Source: a virus
Virus record (IMG/VR): IMGVR_UViG_3300035704_000002
Coordinates: 1 to 64,000 of that record
Length of the DNA: 64,000 nt
Strand: one strand, 5' to 3'
Shown here: piece after piece, positions 9,087 through 18,752 of the stretch
Numbering within the stretch: position 1 is the stretch's first letter
How the letters are laid out: each line of letters opens with the position of its first letter
Position numbers and translations under genes: made by a program
Notes under the pieces: generated by a model
What the model saw: only the letters and a program-made list of their open reading frames with translations
The model's database searches: none
What the model was told of the DNA's origin: nothing

Positions 9087-9099
9087 GCAGGAATGCCAG

Positions 9100-9127
9100 C
9101 CGGCCCGCACGAGATCGTGCGGGCCGG
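9100..9127. terminator. hairpin terminator
   Basis: ccggcccgcacg / cgtgcgggccgg 12-bp stem. Confidence 0.65.
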
Positions 9128-9140
9128 TCAGGTGGCGGGT

Positions 9141-10100
9141 TCACCAGCGCGGGAAGCGGATGTGCTCGTCGGTGTCCACGCTGCCCCAGTAGTTGCGGTC
9201 AAAGTGGTCAACCATCGAATCGGAGTTGTCGTAGTTGTACGCACCGTGAGCGCCCTGTACGGCTGCGTAGAACGCGGCGCACGCCGGGGTGGCTTCCTTG
9301 ATCGACTGGCCGTACTGGTCGGTGCTCTCGTTCCAACCCCACTCGGCCGGGATGCTGGAGATCTTGACGCGGATCGCGCCGCCGCCGGAGAAATACTCCG
9401 TCCGGACGCTGATCTTGATCTGCGCGGGCGCGTCGCCCAGCGGGTCGATCGTGGCGACCTCGCCCGGCTTCGGGGCGGTCCGCTTGCCCAGCTTGCGGGC
9501 CAGTTTGATGTCGGCGCGGATCCGGGCCGCGATCCGGGTGAGCGTCTCTCGACGCATCTCCTGGTACCGCTCGCCCATCCAGGCGCCGGGGTTGGTCAGC
9601 CACCGCTGGCCGTCGGCCAGCCGCGCGACGTCGGCGCCGGTGTCGTTGATGCCGGGCACGACGTAGGTGCTCAGCAGGACGGCCAGGCGATGGCGGGCGG
9701 CTTCCTGTTCGTTGGCGTCCACGTGCTCGGTGCGCTGTACCCAGTGGCGCAGTACCTTGTCTAGCTCTGGATTCACGCATCCCGCACGGGATTCACGAAT
9801 CACGATTGACGGGTGCTTGGTCAGCCATCGCTCGCACGCCGCCACGTCCTCCACGTCACCGCAGAGGTGGGCGCGCACAAGATCGCGGCGCACCAGCTCG
9901 CGCTCACGTTCCCGGCACACCGATTCGCGCGTTGCCGCGCCCGTCAGGACGGCCAGGCAGTCAGCGCACGGGTGTGGGCCGCGCTGGGTCACACGTTGGC
10001 CGCCCAGCGGCCACGGCCGGCCGCATGCGGGGCGTTGGTCGTCGGCCACCAGGTGCGTGCGGCGAGTGCCCGGCGCGATGAACCACTGGCGGCGCGCCAT
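9141..10100 (-). CDS. protein with C-terminal LPD29-like (large polyvalent protein-associated) domain
   Basis: KISVRTEYFSGGGAIRV...AYNYDNSDSMVDHFD; TAATG overlap start. Confidence 0.6.
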   Translation of the reverse strand: MARRQWFIAPGTRRTHLVADDQRPACGRPWPLGGQRVTQRGPHPCADCLAVLTGAATRESVCRERERELVRRDLVRAHLCGDVEDVAACERWLTKHPSIVIRESRAGCVNPELDKVLRHWVQRTEHVDANEQEAARHRLAVLLSTYVVPGINDTGADVARLADGQRWLTNPGAWMGERYQEMRRETLTRIAARIRADIKLARKLGKRTAPKPGEVATIDPLGDAPAQIKISVRTEYFSGGGAIRVKISSIPAEWGWNESTDQYGQSIKEATPACAAFYAAVQGAHGAYNYDNSDSMVDHFDRNYWGSVDTDEHIRFPRW

Positions 10101-10405
10101 TAGCACGCGACGCGCTCGTGCAGGGCGTAGCTGTTGGCGGCTGGCCGATCGGCGACAGTGGGCAAGCCTAGTCGAGTGTTGAGCTTGCCGCCGGGTAGTG
10201 GCCCGTCGGTGAGCGGCAGTACGGACACGGTGCCGAACTCGTAGAAGTGCGCCCACGAGTCGACCTTGACCGCTTCGGTGCGGGTCGACTCCACGAGGTC
10301 ATCCGCCTGTTCGCGCGTGTCGCAGGGGCCGGCCAGCAGTCCGATGGCGGCAGCGTTGCGCATGTAGACATAGAAGCAGTGGTTGTGCTTGGCGGCGCTC
10401 ATCAC
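10100..10405 (-). CDS. hypothetical protein
   Basis: Coupled start/stop overlaps. Confidence 0.6.
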   Translation of the reverse strand: MMSAAKHNHCFYVYMRNAAAIGLLAGPCDTREQADDLVESTRTEAVKVDSWAHFYEFGTVSVLPLTDGPLPGGKLNTRLGLPTVADRPAANSYALHERVAC

Positions 10406-10620
10406 GTGCCGACGGCACTGGTGGCGAACAGGTCGCCCTCATCGGTGATCCAGGGCGTCGCGGCCGGCGCGTCGGCGCTGTAGGTGACTTCCCAGCCGCC
10501 GCTGATGGGCTTGATCAGCGCGCCGTAGCCCTGAAGTTCGATGAGCAGCACGGCGGCTGCGTCACCGCGCGCGGCGGCCAGACTGGTGGCGGCGGCGGTG
10601 GTGGTTTCGTTTGTCGTCAT
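10402..10620 (-). CDS. hypothetical protein
   Basis: Leaderless start after a motif promoter. Confidence 0.65.
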   Translation of the reverse strand: MTTNETTTAAATSLAAARGDAAAVLLIELQGYGALIKPISGGWEVTYSADAPAATPWITDEGDLFATSAVGT

Positions 10621-10626
10621 GCCGCT

Positions 10627-10655
10627 AGTGTAGCCTAGCTAATTAGGCTGGTCAA
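10627..10655 (-). promoter_or_regulatory. Conserved promoter/operator copy, leaderless
   Basis: TTGACC-AGCCTAATTAGCTAGGC-TACACT-6 nt-ATG(10620). Confidence 0.9.
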
Positions 10656-11146
10656 GCGATGACCAGATGGCTCCAGCCTTCATCGATCAACGAGGGAATG
10701 TCGCCTTTGATCTCGTCGTACATTTTGCGCACCACGTCTTCCGGAACGCGCCGCGAATATCCGCAGGCTGGGCACGCCGCCGCATCGCGGCGGGCGTTGC
10801 GCTCCAGCACGGTGCCCAGCGAAGGCAGCAGCACCCACGCCACGGTGTGCACGCGGTGCTGCTGGGCGACCGCGAGCAGGTTCAGTCGGTGCTCGCGGCG
10901 TGCGTTCGTCGCATCCCACACCACGCTCTCGCCCTGTCCCAGGTGTTGGTGCAGGCTGTCGAACGCGTTGTGCACCGCCTGTTCGGTGACGGACATGTCT
11001 TCCTCGCCACCACACGCGGACAACATCGACCGGTGCTGATCAATCGAAATTCGCGCGATACCGTTCAGCACCTTGTCGCAGTATGTGGTCTTTCCCGCGC
11101 CCGGCGGCCCGATCAACGCGAACAGGGTCGTTCCCGACACGATCAC
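10652..11146 (-). CDS. P-loop kinase (AAA_33 / polynucleotide-kinase-like)
   Basis: GPPGAGKTT, ISID, VVWDATN, ERNARR...RVPEDVVRKM; AAGGAG RBS. Confidence 0.8.
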   Translation of the reverse strand: MIVSGTTLFALIGPPGAGKTTYCDKVLNGIARISIDQHRSMLSACGGEEDMSVTEQAVHNAFDSLHQHLGQGESVVWDATNARREHRLNLLAVAQQHRVHTVAWVLLPSLGTVLERNARRDAAACPACGYSRRVPEDVVRKMYDEIKGDIPSLIDEGWSHLVIA

Positions 11147-11475
11147 GACTGCTCCTTCTCCGCCGGGCGCACCCGTGGCGCCTGTTCGTCGGGAAACAGC
11201 CACCTGGCCTTGAAAATGGTGTGGTAGGCGTCCACCACGGCGGTCTCCTCGGCCGAGAACCACACCGCCCACTCGTGTCGGCATGCCTCGTTCGGACACT
11301 TCAGCTCGGCGCCGAGCCGGTCACGCAGCATCACTATCGGCGCGGTGCCGCATCGACACGGGGGCACGATCGGCCACGGATCGAAGAAACAGCGGTTCGT
11401 GGTGAAGCACTGGAACGAGTCGCACGGTGCGACCTGTGTCGACCGGAGAACGCATGGTTGGCCGGCGGTGCTCAC
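11143..11475 (-). CDS. Cys-rich hypothetical protein
   Basis: GTGA overlap, Cys motifs. Confidence 0.5.
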   Translation of the reverse strand: MSTAGQPCVLRSTQVAPCDSFQCFTTNRCFFDPWPIVPPCRCGTAPIVMLRDRLGAELKCPNEACRHEWAVWFSAEETAVVDAYHTIFKARWLFPDEQAPRVRPAEKEQS

Positions 11476-11853
11476 GACGCGGTCCGGTCACCACTGGTCG
11501 GCTCGATCAGCTCCGCGTCGGATGCCAAGCGGCGGAACGGATGCGCACCGAACCGTCGGGTGTCCCAGCGCGCGAACCACAGCACCACTATCAGCATGAT
11601 CGTTTCGGTCACGGCATCCTCGCGTTCAGGGCAGCCGGCGCACCGTGCGCGCCAGCATCTTGTGTGATGGTGGACCGTAGCGCCGCCAGTCCGCGCCGGG
11701 TACGAACTCCCAGCCACGCCGGTGCAGCAGGTCGCCGGTTGACGCGTTCCCCAGCACGATGCGCTCGTGCACGGCGTCGCTCTCGTCCACGATGATGGCG
11801 ATCGTGGCGTCGGTGCCCGTGGGTAATCGAAGTTCGAACACCGACGCCGGCCG

Positions 11854-12315
11854 CTAGTGGTCGGAGACGAAGAAGTCGATACTGGCCGCGCCGGTGGCGG
11901 CGGCGGGCGGGTCCGGCTCGGCGTAGTCCTCCAGCGGCCAGACCATCAGCATCTCCTGCGCCACGGCCAGTAACAACGCTTGGTTCCGCTCGTCCACGTC
12001 ACGCCACAGTGGCGGATGACCTGATTGGTGGCCGAACTCGGCGGCCACCCGTTCGGTTACCTCGTGCAGGCAGCGCGCGAACGTGGCGGCGTTGGGCAAC
12101 TTCGCGACCGCCTGTCGGATTAACTCGCGCAACTGGGCCACCTCCAGGCGTAGGGCCATCGTGTTGTCGGAGGGGACGGCGGTGTGCAGCACGACCTTGC
12201 TCGGGTCCAGCACGGCCCCGTCGTACTCCACCGCGATACCGAACAGCGCGCGCACCTGGTCGATCCGCTCGTGCCGTGCGCGATCCCTGGCCTTCGGGAT
12301 ACGGGAATAGTCCAT
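11854..12315 (-). CDS. hypothetical protein
   Basis: Operon packing. Confidence 0.6.
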   Translation of the reverse strand: MDYSRIPKARDRARHERIDQVRALFGIAVEYDGAVLDPSKVVLHTAVPSDNTMALRLEVAQLRELIRQAVAKLPNAATFARCLHEVTERVAAEFGHQSGHPPLWRDVDERNQALLLAVAQEMLMVWPLEDYAEPDPPAAATGAASIDFFVSDH

Positions 12316-12321
12316 GATGTG

Positions 12322-13065
12322 TCAGCTTTCTGTCCAGGACGACGCGGTCACGACTTCGCGCCGCCGACCGGTCGTGTCACAGAGCGGGTGGTGGCCGTTC
12401 GGGCGCGGCACCCGGATGTCGCCCGCCCACGCCCGGCACGGGCACGTGGACGCGGTCTTGGTGCTCAACAGCTCGGCTACCCGCCGCGTCAGCTCGGCGT
12501 GCAGATCCAGCAGTTCGCGGAACTCGCCTGCGTAGCCGGCCATGTCCACGCGCTGGCGGCCCATTCGTTCGGTCAGCTCGGCCGCATCCATGCCCTGCTC
12601 GATCAGGCCGGTCGCGCCGTCCAGCAGGTGCACGATCTTGGGCAGGATCTTGTCCAACGCGCGCACGAATCGTGCCTCGGGCAGCACCTGACTCTCGTAC
12701 GCGCCGATCATGTGCGTGAAGTAGGGCAGCGTCGGCAGGAACTGCGTGTCCAGCCGCCGTATCGCCTCCTGCTCGGCCTCCGCTTTCGTGGCGGCCACCT
12801 CGGCCGTGAGGCGCAGCGTCGGCGTGTCACCGGCGTACACCTCGGGCGCGTCGTGGATCAGTGCGAACTGGGCCACCAGGCCGGGATTCAGGTCCGGGTA
12901 CCACAGTGCGGCCAGGGGGCAGGCCAGCCAGCCCAGCATGATCGTGTGATCGGCGTCGGACTCGGGAGTGACTCGGTCGGCGTGGTAGCAGGCCGTCCGG
13001 TCGATGCGGCCGAACCGCAAGGCCAGCGCGCCCAGCTCGATGATGGACTCGGTCAGATCAGTCAT
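12322..13065 (-). CDS. HD-domain phosphohydrolase (YfbR / 5'-deoxynucleotidase-like)
   Basis: ESDADHT, ALIHDAPEVYAGDTPT, EARFVRALDK. Confidence 0.85.
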   Translation of the reverse strand: MTDLTESIIELGALALRFGRIDRTACYHADRVTPESDADHTIMLGWLACPLAALWYPDLNPGLVAQFALIHDAPEVYAGDTPTLRLTAEVAATKAEAEQEAIRRLDTQFLPTLPYFTHMIGAYESQVLPEARFVRALDKILPKIVHLLDGATGLIEQGMDAAELTERMGRQRVDMAGYAGEFRELLDLHAELTRRVAELLSTKTASTCPCRAWAGDIRVPRPNGHHPLCDTTGRRREVVTASSWTES

Positions 13066-13140
13066 GTTCCGTCCTTCGGGGTTGGCGTTTCGCTCGGTTG
13101 GTCGGTCGGGCGGATCAGACCAGCGGCGATCAGCTATTCA

Positions 13141-13593
13141 TCAGAGTTCGACCAGTTCACCGCTGATCGGCCAGCGCAGCACCGCGTGTTCTTTGCGGTG
13201 CGTCTGCCAGGTGCGACCCAGACCGGACTCCACATCGCTGAACCAGTAGCGCTCCACATCGCCCTGATCCTCACCGCTGCGTACCAGGTAGGCGTTCACG
13301 TCGCAGCACGATCCGGCCGCGAGCACTTGCGCGGCCATCTCGTCAAGATCCTTGGCCAGCTCAAAAGCATAGATCGGCTCATCACTGGCGGGCACGATTC
13401 CAGCTACGTAGAGCGCGATTCCGGTGCCGTACACCGGATCGGTGATCGAACGTTCCTCCACATGGAACATGGCGCCCATTCCGACACTGCGCTGTGAACG
13501 CATGCCGGGGAGGAACTTCTGGCTGGACAGTCGAGAAGCGTGGAACGGTGGCGTCACCGGGATCGTCCCGCTGATGCGCGAGTTGTAGCCCAT
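13141..13593 (-). CDS. hypothetical phage protein
   Basis: MGYNSRISGTIPVTPP...GEDQGDVER; GAGGA RBS. Confidence 0.65.
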   Translation of the reverse strand: MGYNSRISGTIPVTPPFHASRLSSQKFLPGMRSQRSVGMGAMFHVEERSITDPVYGTGIALYVAGIVPASDEPIYAFELAKDLDEMAAQVLAAGSCCDVNAYLVRSGEDQGDVERYWFSDVESGLGRTWQTHRKEHAVLRWPISGELVEL

Positions 13594-13596
13594 GGT

Positions 13597-14193
13597 TCAG
13601 TCCTCGCGATTGATCGGGGTCAGCACTTCGGGGGTCGCGCGTGGCGGCATTGCCGCGAGTGCTTTACGCACCAAGCGGCGGGCTTCGCGGATCTTCTCTC
13701 GCAGTGGACCGTCCGGATTGTGACGGCCGTCCTTGCCGATCGGCGCGAGCGGAAGCAAGTTGTGCACGGTATCCAGTGCGTCGGCGATATCGGTTCGCCC
13801 ACGGGCGATCAGCGCCGCGCGGGCCTGATCGAGAGTGTCTTTTGCGATTGTCATGCCGCGCCTACGACGTACCTGGAGGGACGCTGTTCGATACTGGGCA
13901 ACCAGCACCGGAATCGATGTCGCGTTCGCGTCGCGGCTGGTGAGGTGGAAGTGGTTGCGCCAGCGGCAGCAGTACGGGTGCTGTGTGATGCCGAGATCAC
14001 GTAGTGCCGCAACGGCTTTGCTGACCTGTTCCTCGCTGTCGAAGATGAGTTTCACGCTGCTCGGTGGGCCGCCCTGGGTGCACTGTTCAAACCGGCCAGG
14101 TACGAGCACGTCGTTCCGAACGAGCGGGCGGGCGTAGCGACTCGCTGCCAGCGCCGCCCTGGCGTCCCAGTCGGCGTAGTCCGGCCTGATCAT
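13597..14193 (-). CDS. hypothetical protein
   Basis: GGGAG RBS, operon packing. Confidence 0.55.
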   Translation of the reverse strand: MIRPDYADWDARAALAASRYARPLVRNDVLVPGRFEQCTQGGPPSSVKLIFDSEEQVSKAVAALRDLGITQHPYCCRWRNHFHLTSRDANATSIPVLVAQYRTASLQVRRRRGMTIAKDTLDQARAALIARGRTDIADALDTVHNLLPLAPIGKDGRHNPDGPLREKIREARRLVRKALAAMPPRATPEVLTPINRED

Positions 14194-14195
14194 GG

Positions 14196-14549
14196 TTACT
14201 CTCCCAGTCGCGCGTTCCCGCAAGCGATGCGGGCCGCGTCGCGGTCGAGTAGTTCGATCTGGGACTGGCGGACGGTGCGCCGCATCGGCGCGTCGGCGTG
14301 GACGCATACGGCCAGCGCGGCCAACTGTTCGCCGGAGATGGTGCGCCAGCCGGTCGCGGTGCCGTCGGTCTCGCGGTAGGTCAGCGCCTCGGCGAGCACC
14401 TCCAGTGTCGCGCGCACCGCGCGAGCGGCCTGGCGCACCTCTCGCTCGGCCGACGTGATGCTGTTGTCGGGCTGTTCGACAGCACCGATGGCGTGATCGA
14501 TCATCCGGTCCAGCGTGGTCTCGCCGGAGTCGGCGGGCAGGCGATCCAT
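14196..14549 (-). CDS. hypothetical protein
   Basis: GGAGG RBS. Confidence 0.6.
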   Translation of the reverse strand: MDRLPADSGETTLDRMIDHAIGAVEQPDNSITSAEREVRQAARAVRATLEVLAEALTYRETDGTATGWRTISGEQLAALAVCVHADAPMRRTVRQSQIELLDRDAARIACGNARLGE

Positions 14550-14552
14550 CGT

Positions 14553-15041
14553 TCAGTCCTCCCAGTTCAGGCGCGCGAGCACGGCGACGCGGCGCGGGTC
14601 GTCGGCGCGGTACATGTGGGCGGCGTAGGCCGGTTCGGGCTGTTCGTCCACGGCGTCGAGGTCGCGGCGTGTCTGTTCGACGGCGCCAGCGATGGTGCGC
14701 AACCGCTTGCCGGACAGCGCGCCGTAGTCGAAGTAGTGTTCACCGTTGATCAGGATCTCGATCGCGGAGAAGCCGTCGCGCTTGCGGCGGATCGCGGTGA
14801 TGCGCCGGCCCTTGTACTCCAGCGAGACGCGCGGGCGGCCCAAGCCCAGTTCGGGCAGGCGCGGGTCGTCGCCGTCGATGATGCCCTTGGCGGTGAACAC
14901 GAGATCGCGGTGGGCGGTGAGGCTGATGTGCTCGGACAGCGCCACGCCGTCGATCGTGGTGGTCATGCACTCAGTGCCGTTGCGTACGGTATCGGCAATG
15001 ACGATCTTGCGACCCTGGTGGTAGATCGTGGTGGTGGCCAT
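14553..15041 (-). CDS. hypothetical protein
   Basis: Leaderless start after a motif promoter. Confidence 0.7.
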   Translation of the reverse strand: MATTTIYHQGRKIVIADTVRNGTECMTTTIDGVALSEHISLTAHRDLVFTAKGIIDGDDPRLPELGLGRPRVSLEYKGRRITAIRRKRDGFSAIEILINGEHYFDYGALSGKRLRTIAGAVEQTRRDLDAVDEQPEPAYAAHMYRADDPRRVAVLARLNWED

Positions 15042-15047
15042 GTTGCT

Positions 15048-15076
15048 AGTATAGCCTAGTTATCCGGGCTTGACTA
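15048..15076 (-). promoter_or_regulatory. Conserved promoter/operator copy, leaderless
   Basis: TAGTCA-AGCCCGGATAACTAGGC-TATACT-6 nt-ATG(15041). Confidence 0.85.
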
Positions 15077-15236
15077 GCTGGTTCGAACCCAGAACATGCG
15101 CCCGCACCGTGAACACGTTCCGACCAGCCTGCGCCACCGCAACAGCGCGACCGGTCGTACGTCGTCCAGCGGCACGTGAACCACGATGCCCTCCAGCAGC
15201 GAGGCGTCGCAATCCGGGCAGCACGGCCGCGCCTGG

Positions 15237-15836
15237 CTATCGAGAATCGCTCGACGCGGCATCGTCCGCTCTCCTCGGGTTCGCGTCGGCCGTGCGTGCC
15301 AACTCGGCGACCAGGCCAGCCAGAGTGCAGTTGGCCTCCGCGTCACCCACCTCGTGGATGACCGTTCCGCTGCATCGGCACAACAGCACCGGGTCGGGCA
15401 TCGGCCCGTTGGGTGAGCGCAGCGCCGTCGGCGCGTGCTCCCCGTCCGGCCACATACTTCTCGGCGCCAAGGCGCAACCGTTGTCCGCGTGATCTCGCCA
15501 TACCGACCAGCCGATTTCGGCGCTGGGCTTGTGGATGTCACGGGCGCACCAGCGGCAGATGCTCTGGTGTGGGAACGGATGCGGTGTCACGCCGCCCATG
15601 GCGCACAGATCGTCCACCAGGTCGGCCGTGGGCGCGTCCGACCAGTCGATGTTCAGCGCGGACAGCAGCCGGCCGCGCGCCTGGCGCAACTCCTCGGCGA
15701 TCTCGTCGCGCTCAGCTTGCACGCGGGCAAGTCGGTCAGTTGGCCTGACGGTACCGCTGGACATCCTGGGCGGTGGCCCGATCTCGCCGGCCGACTTTCC
15801 GCCGGAGTAGCCACCTGTCGCGTCCGGACCGTTCAT
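15237..15836 (-). CDS. hypothetical protein
   Basis: ATGA overlap, CxxC motifs. Confidence 0.55.
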   Translation of the reverse strand: MNGPDATGGYSGGKSAGEIGPPPRMSSGTVRPTDRLARVQAERDEIAEELRQARGRLLSALNIDWSDAPTADLVDDLCAMGGVTPHPFPHQSICRWCARDIHKPSAEIGWSVWRDHADNGCALAPRSMWPDGEHAPTALRSPNGPMPDPVLLCRCSGTVIHEVGDAEANCTLAGLVAELARTADANPRRADDAASSDSR

Positions 15837-16501
15837 AGCCCAGTCACCCGGAACGAAGCACTGCCCGAGTCGTAGGTGTTCGCGATGTCGGTGAGGATGT
15901 CACTCGGCGTCCAGGTGCCGGCCGGCGCCGGATCGATGCGGTGGGAGTAACCGAGCCGACGCTCCGCTTCGGACAGCCAGACCTTGAGTTGTTCGGGATT
16001 TTCCTCGAATGGCGGCGGTTGGAGGTCGGAGAATCCGAGCCATGGTAGCCGGCGCAGGACGTGCGAACGCACGGCGACCGCCGCGCTGGGGATCTGGCTG
16101 CACGCGCCGGCCATCACCGGTCCGCTCACGAGGTGTTCCAGCGCGAAGTGCAGGTGCGCGATCTCGTAGGCCAGCAGCCGGCCCGTGGTGATGCTCAGCA
16201 GCGTCGCCAACCGCAGGTACATCGCGCCCGGCCACGCTGCTACAGGGTATTGATCTTCCTGGTAGCTGAAGGCGCGGCCTGCGGCCAAACCGTCCAGTGC
16301 GCTCAGCTCGCCGGTAGCGGTGCGCCTGACGATCCACGGGTCGTTGAACGGCGTCTGGCGACAGTAGGTCCAGCGCGCCTCTGGTCGGCCGTCGATGATC
16401 ACGGTGTCGACGGACGCGGCGGTCCAGACTTCGGGACCGTGTGGGCCGGGCCGATATACGGTGAGTTCGGGCTGTAGCTGCGTCAGCGGGGAAGTCGTCA
16501 T
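15833..16501 (-). CDS. hypothetical protein
   Basis: LATLLSITTGRLL motif; CAGGA RBS. Confidence 0.6.
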   Translation of the reverse strand: MTTSPLTQLQPELTVYRPGPHGPEVWTAASVDTVIIDGRPEARWTYCRQTPFNDPWIVRRTATGELSALDGLAAGRAFSYQEDQYPVAAWPGAMYLRLATLLSITTGRLLAYEIAHLHFALEHLVSGPVMAGACSQIPSAAVAVRSHVLRRLPWLGFSDLQPPPFEENPEQLKVWLSEAERRLGYSHRIDPAPAGTWTPSDILTDIANTYDSGSASFRVTGL

Positions 16502-16510
16502 GGTTCCTGC

Positions 16511-17089
16511 CTACCTCGTGGTGACCGCGCCGGGGCGCAGGCCGTCGGATCGGATGTCCCACTGGTGCGTGCGGGGGTGCCACATGACCAGGTCGCCGGT
16601 GATGGCGACGTCGGCGGCCGGTCCGAGCTGGGGAGCGCGCACGGTGTGCAGCACGCGCACGCCGCGCACGGTCAGTGTCGCGCGTTCGTCACGGCCCAGC
16701 ACACGACCGGTGATCCACTGGGCGTCATCGGTGTTGCGCAGCAGCCACACCGCGCAGTCGGGGCAGTGCCGGCCGAACATGCCCAGCAGGTGCGGCGTGT
16801 CGGCGTCCAGCGGCGCGTACTCGGTGTTGGCCAGGATGGCGGGCATGAGGTCGGCGCCCACGACGGTGGGTCTGTAGGAGCTGGCGGTGAGCACGCACGC
16901 GGCGCACGTCTCGGCCAGTGCGCGGGCGTTGATGTAGGCGTCGCGGTAGTCGCTGGTGGTGAACAGCACCTGGGTGGCCTTGCCGCCGGGGGTGCTCAGC
17001 ACGATGGCCAACCGGGCGGGGTCGTGGTGCAGGTTGAAGTCGTCGCGCAGGCTGGCGGTCATGGGCTCGACGGTGATCGAGTCGGGCAT
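16511..17089 (-). CDS. hypothetical protein
   Basis: AAGGAG RBS. Confidence 0.65.
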   Translation of the reverse strand: MPDSITVEPMTASLRDDFNLHHDPARLAIVLSTPGGKATQVLFTTSDYRDAYINARALAETCAACVLTASSYRPTVVGADLMPAILANTEYAPLDADTPHLLGMFGRHCPDCAVWLLRNTDDAQWITGRVLGRDERATLTVRGVRVLHTVRAPQLGPAADVAITGDLVMWHPRTHQWDIRSDGLRPGAVTTR

Positions 17090-17092
17090 CGG

Positions 17093-17314
17093 TCAGTCTC
17101 CTTGGGCCAGGTAGCGCAGCACATTGCCGCGCTTGTCCACGTCGAAGGCGCGAGTATCGGTGTGCGCCTCGGTCAGGCCACCGGTCGCGCTGAACGTCAT
17201 GGACACGAAGCGCTCGCCACGTCGCAGCACCAGCACGCGGCCGGTGAAGCGCTCGTCCACGGTCCACTCGTGCCGCTGGGCGGCGAGATGGATTTGGAGG
17301 CGCGTCGTGCTCAC
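17093..17314 (-). CDS. hypothetical protein, resembles 623-1033
   Basis: W.V...RG...V.F...G pattern shared with 623-1033; leaderless start. Confidence 0.65.
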   Translation of the reverse strand: MSTTRLQIHLAAQRHEWTVDERFTGRVLVLRRGERFVSMTFSATGGLTEAHTDTRAFDVDKRGNVLRYLAQGD

Positions 17315-17320
17315 GAGTAG

Positions 17321-17349
17321 AGACTAGCCGAACAAGCTAGGCTATGCAA
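17321..17349 (-). promoter_or_regulatory. Conserved promoter/operator copy, leaderless
   Basis: TTGCAT-AGCCTAGCTTGTTCGGC-TAGTCT-6 nt-GTG(17314). Confidence 0.8.
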
Positions 17350-17999
17350 GGTCATTGACCCAGTCCGGCACCAACAGGAGCAGCACCGACGCCAGTTCCG
17401 GATGCGCCGTGGCCAGCGCGCGGCCGACGGCGATGTTCACCGCGTCCGACCACTCGCGCGCCGCGACGGTCCACGCCGTCGCGGGAAAGATCTCACGGTG
17501 TCGGATCGCGATTTCCCACCAGAGCCAGCCGGGCTGCTCGCTCACCGGCAGCGTGTCGCGCGCAGTGATCGTGACCAGGTCGGTTTTCTGGCTGTCCGAC
17601 CGCCATGTCAGCGTGATCATCACAGCGCGCTCGGGTCCGGACGCCACACCAGGTGTTCATTGGCGCTCAGCTCGCCGGTGCCGCGTAGGTAGTCGGTCAA
17701 CTGCCTGGCAAGAGACTGTCCAGGAAATGTCCAACGTCGCGCCGACCGGACAGCCGGCGGCTCGATCGGCCGGCCAGGATCTTCCTGCGCCAGCAGCGCG
17801 TCGCAGCGCTCGATCAGTTCGCCGGCCGCCCGGTAGGCGCCCATCAGGAACTCGGCCGCACGTCGGCCGCCTCGGCCTGTTTCGCGGCGCCGGCTCCGGC
17901 GCCGTCCTCGCAGTAGCGGCACAGCGTGTCGTGGATGATGTTGGCGATCGCGTCGCGCAACGTGGTGGACATGGGTGCTCCTCGGGGAAGGGCGCATCG

Positions 18000-18028
18000 A
18001 GTCTAGCCTGGTTAGCGAGGCTTTCCAA
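18000..18028 (-). promoter_or_regulatory. Conserved promoter/operator copy, leadered
   Basis: TTGGAA-AGCCTCGCTAACCAGGC-TAGACT, then GAGGAG RBS and ATG 17972 of a 42-aa ORF. Confidence 0.75.
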
Positions 18029-18154
18029 ACACGGCCCGTCGCAGTCTCCGCATCCAACCCGGCCGGCCGAGGCGCCTAGTGTCACGCCACACCGCGCCAC
18101 GGGCCGGCGAGTTCAGCATCCGCTCCATCGCCGCGAGTTCGTCGCTCCACTCGG

Positions 18155-18505
18155 TCACAGCTCACGCACCAACGCGCGAATGGCGTCCTGTGCCGGTTCG
18201 TCCAGGGTCGGCGTCGCGGCTCCCTGGAGCACCGCGTGGGAGAGCACGTGCGCCACGCGGTCATCGGCCTGTGACGGTGCACCCTTCAGGGTGTACGTAC
18301 CGTCCAGTACCTCACGGCCCCGGTAGGCGATGCGCCATGACCAGGTGGTGGAGTCGCGGCTGGTGGCGAGATTGGACAGCTCCGCGCGGGCACCGCTGGT
18401 CGGATTGAATATGACAATCACCTGGGGGTATTCCTTCCTCTGTTCAGCCCAGTGTCTACGGTCTGTGACCGAGGCCGACGGGCCAGGTCTGTGGGTTGTC
18501 ACCAT
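18155..18505 (-). CDS. hypothetical protein
   Basis: Plausible composition; start uncertain. Confidence 0.45.
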   Translation of the reverse strand: MVTTHRPGPSASVTDRRHWAEQRKEYPQVIVIFNPTSGARAELSNLATSRDSTTWSWRIAYRGREVLDGTYTLKGAPSQADDRVAHVLSHAVLQGAATPTLDEPAQDAIRALVREL

Positions 18506-18667
18506 CGATCAGGTTGGTGGTGACGGTGCCGCGCAGTTTGTTGATCAGTTGTTCGTCGCCACGCAGTTCGCGGCGGGTGACGCGCTCGCCGGTGTCGGTG
18601 TCGCGTCTCTGACTACGCCGGATGGTTGCCATGTGGTCCCCCAGGATGATCACGCGCTTATCCGGTT

Positions 18668-18696
18668 AGAGTAGCCGAGCTTACCCGGCTTCACAA
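18668..18696 (-). promoter_or_regulatory. Conserved promoter/operator copy, divergent from terL
   Basis: TTGTGA-AGCCGGGTAAGCTCGGC-TACTCT. Confidence 0.75.
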
Positions 18697-18752
18697 GCTG
18701 CGTCCCGTGCGTCGCACTCCTGCCGACCGACCGCGTGAGCGACACTCCCGAC

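Noticed and set aside
12184-13497. Long antisense ORFs (also 19224-20156, 37634-38782, 43336-44697, 45597-47081, 55705-56928, 56796-58442, 60745-62154)
   Set aside because: Shadow frames expected opposite high-GC genes; unlike the two intein-internal antisense ORFs they have no family motifs or start signals
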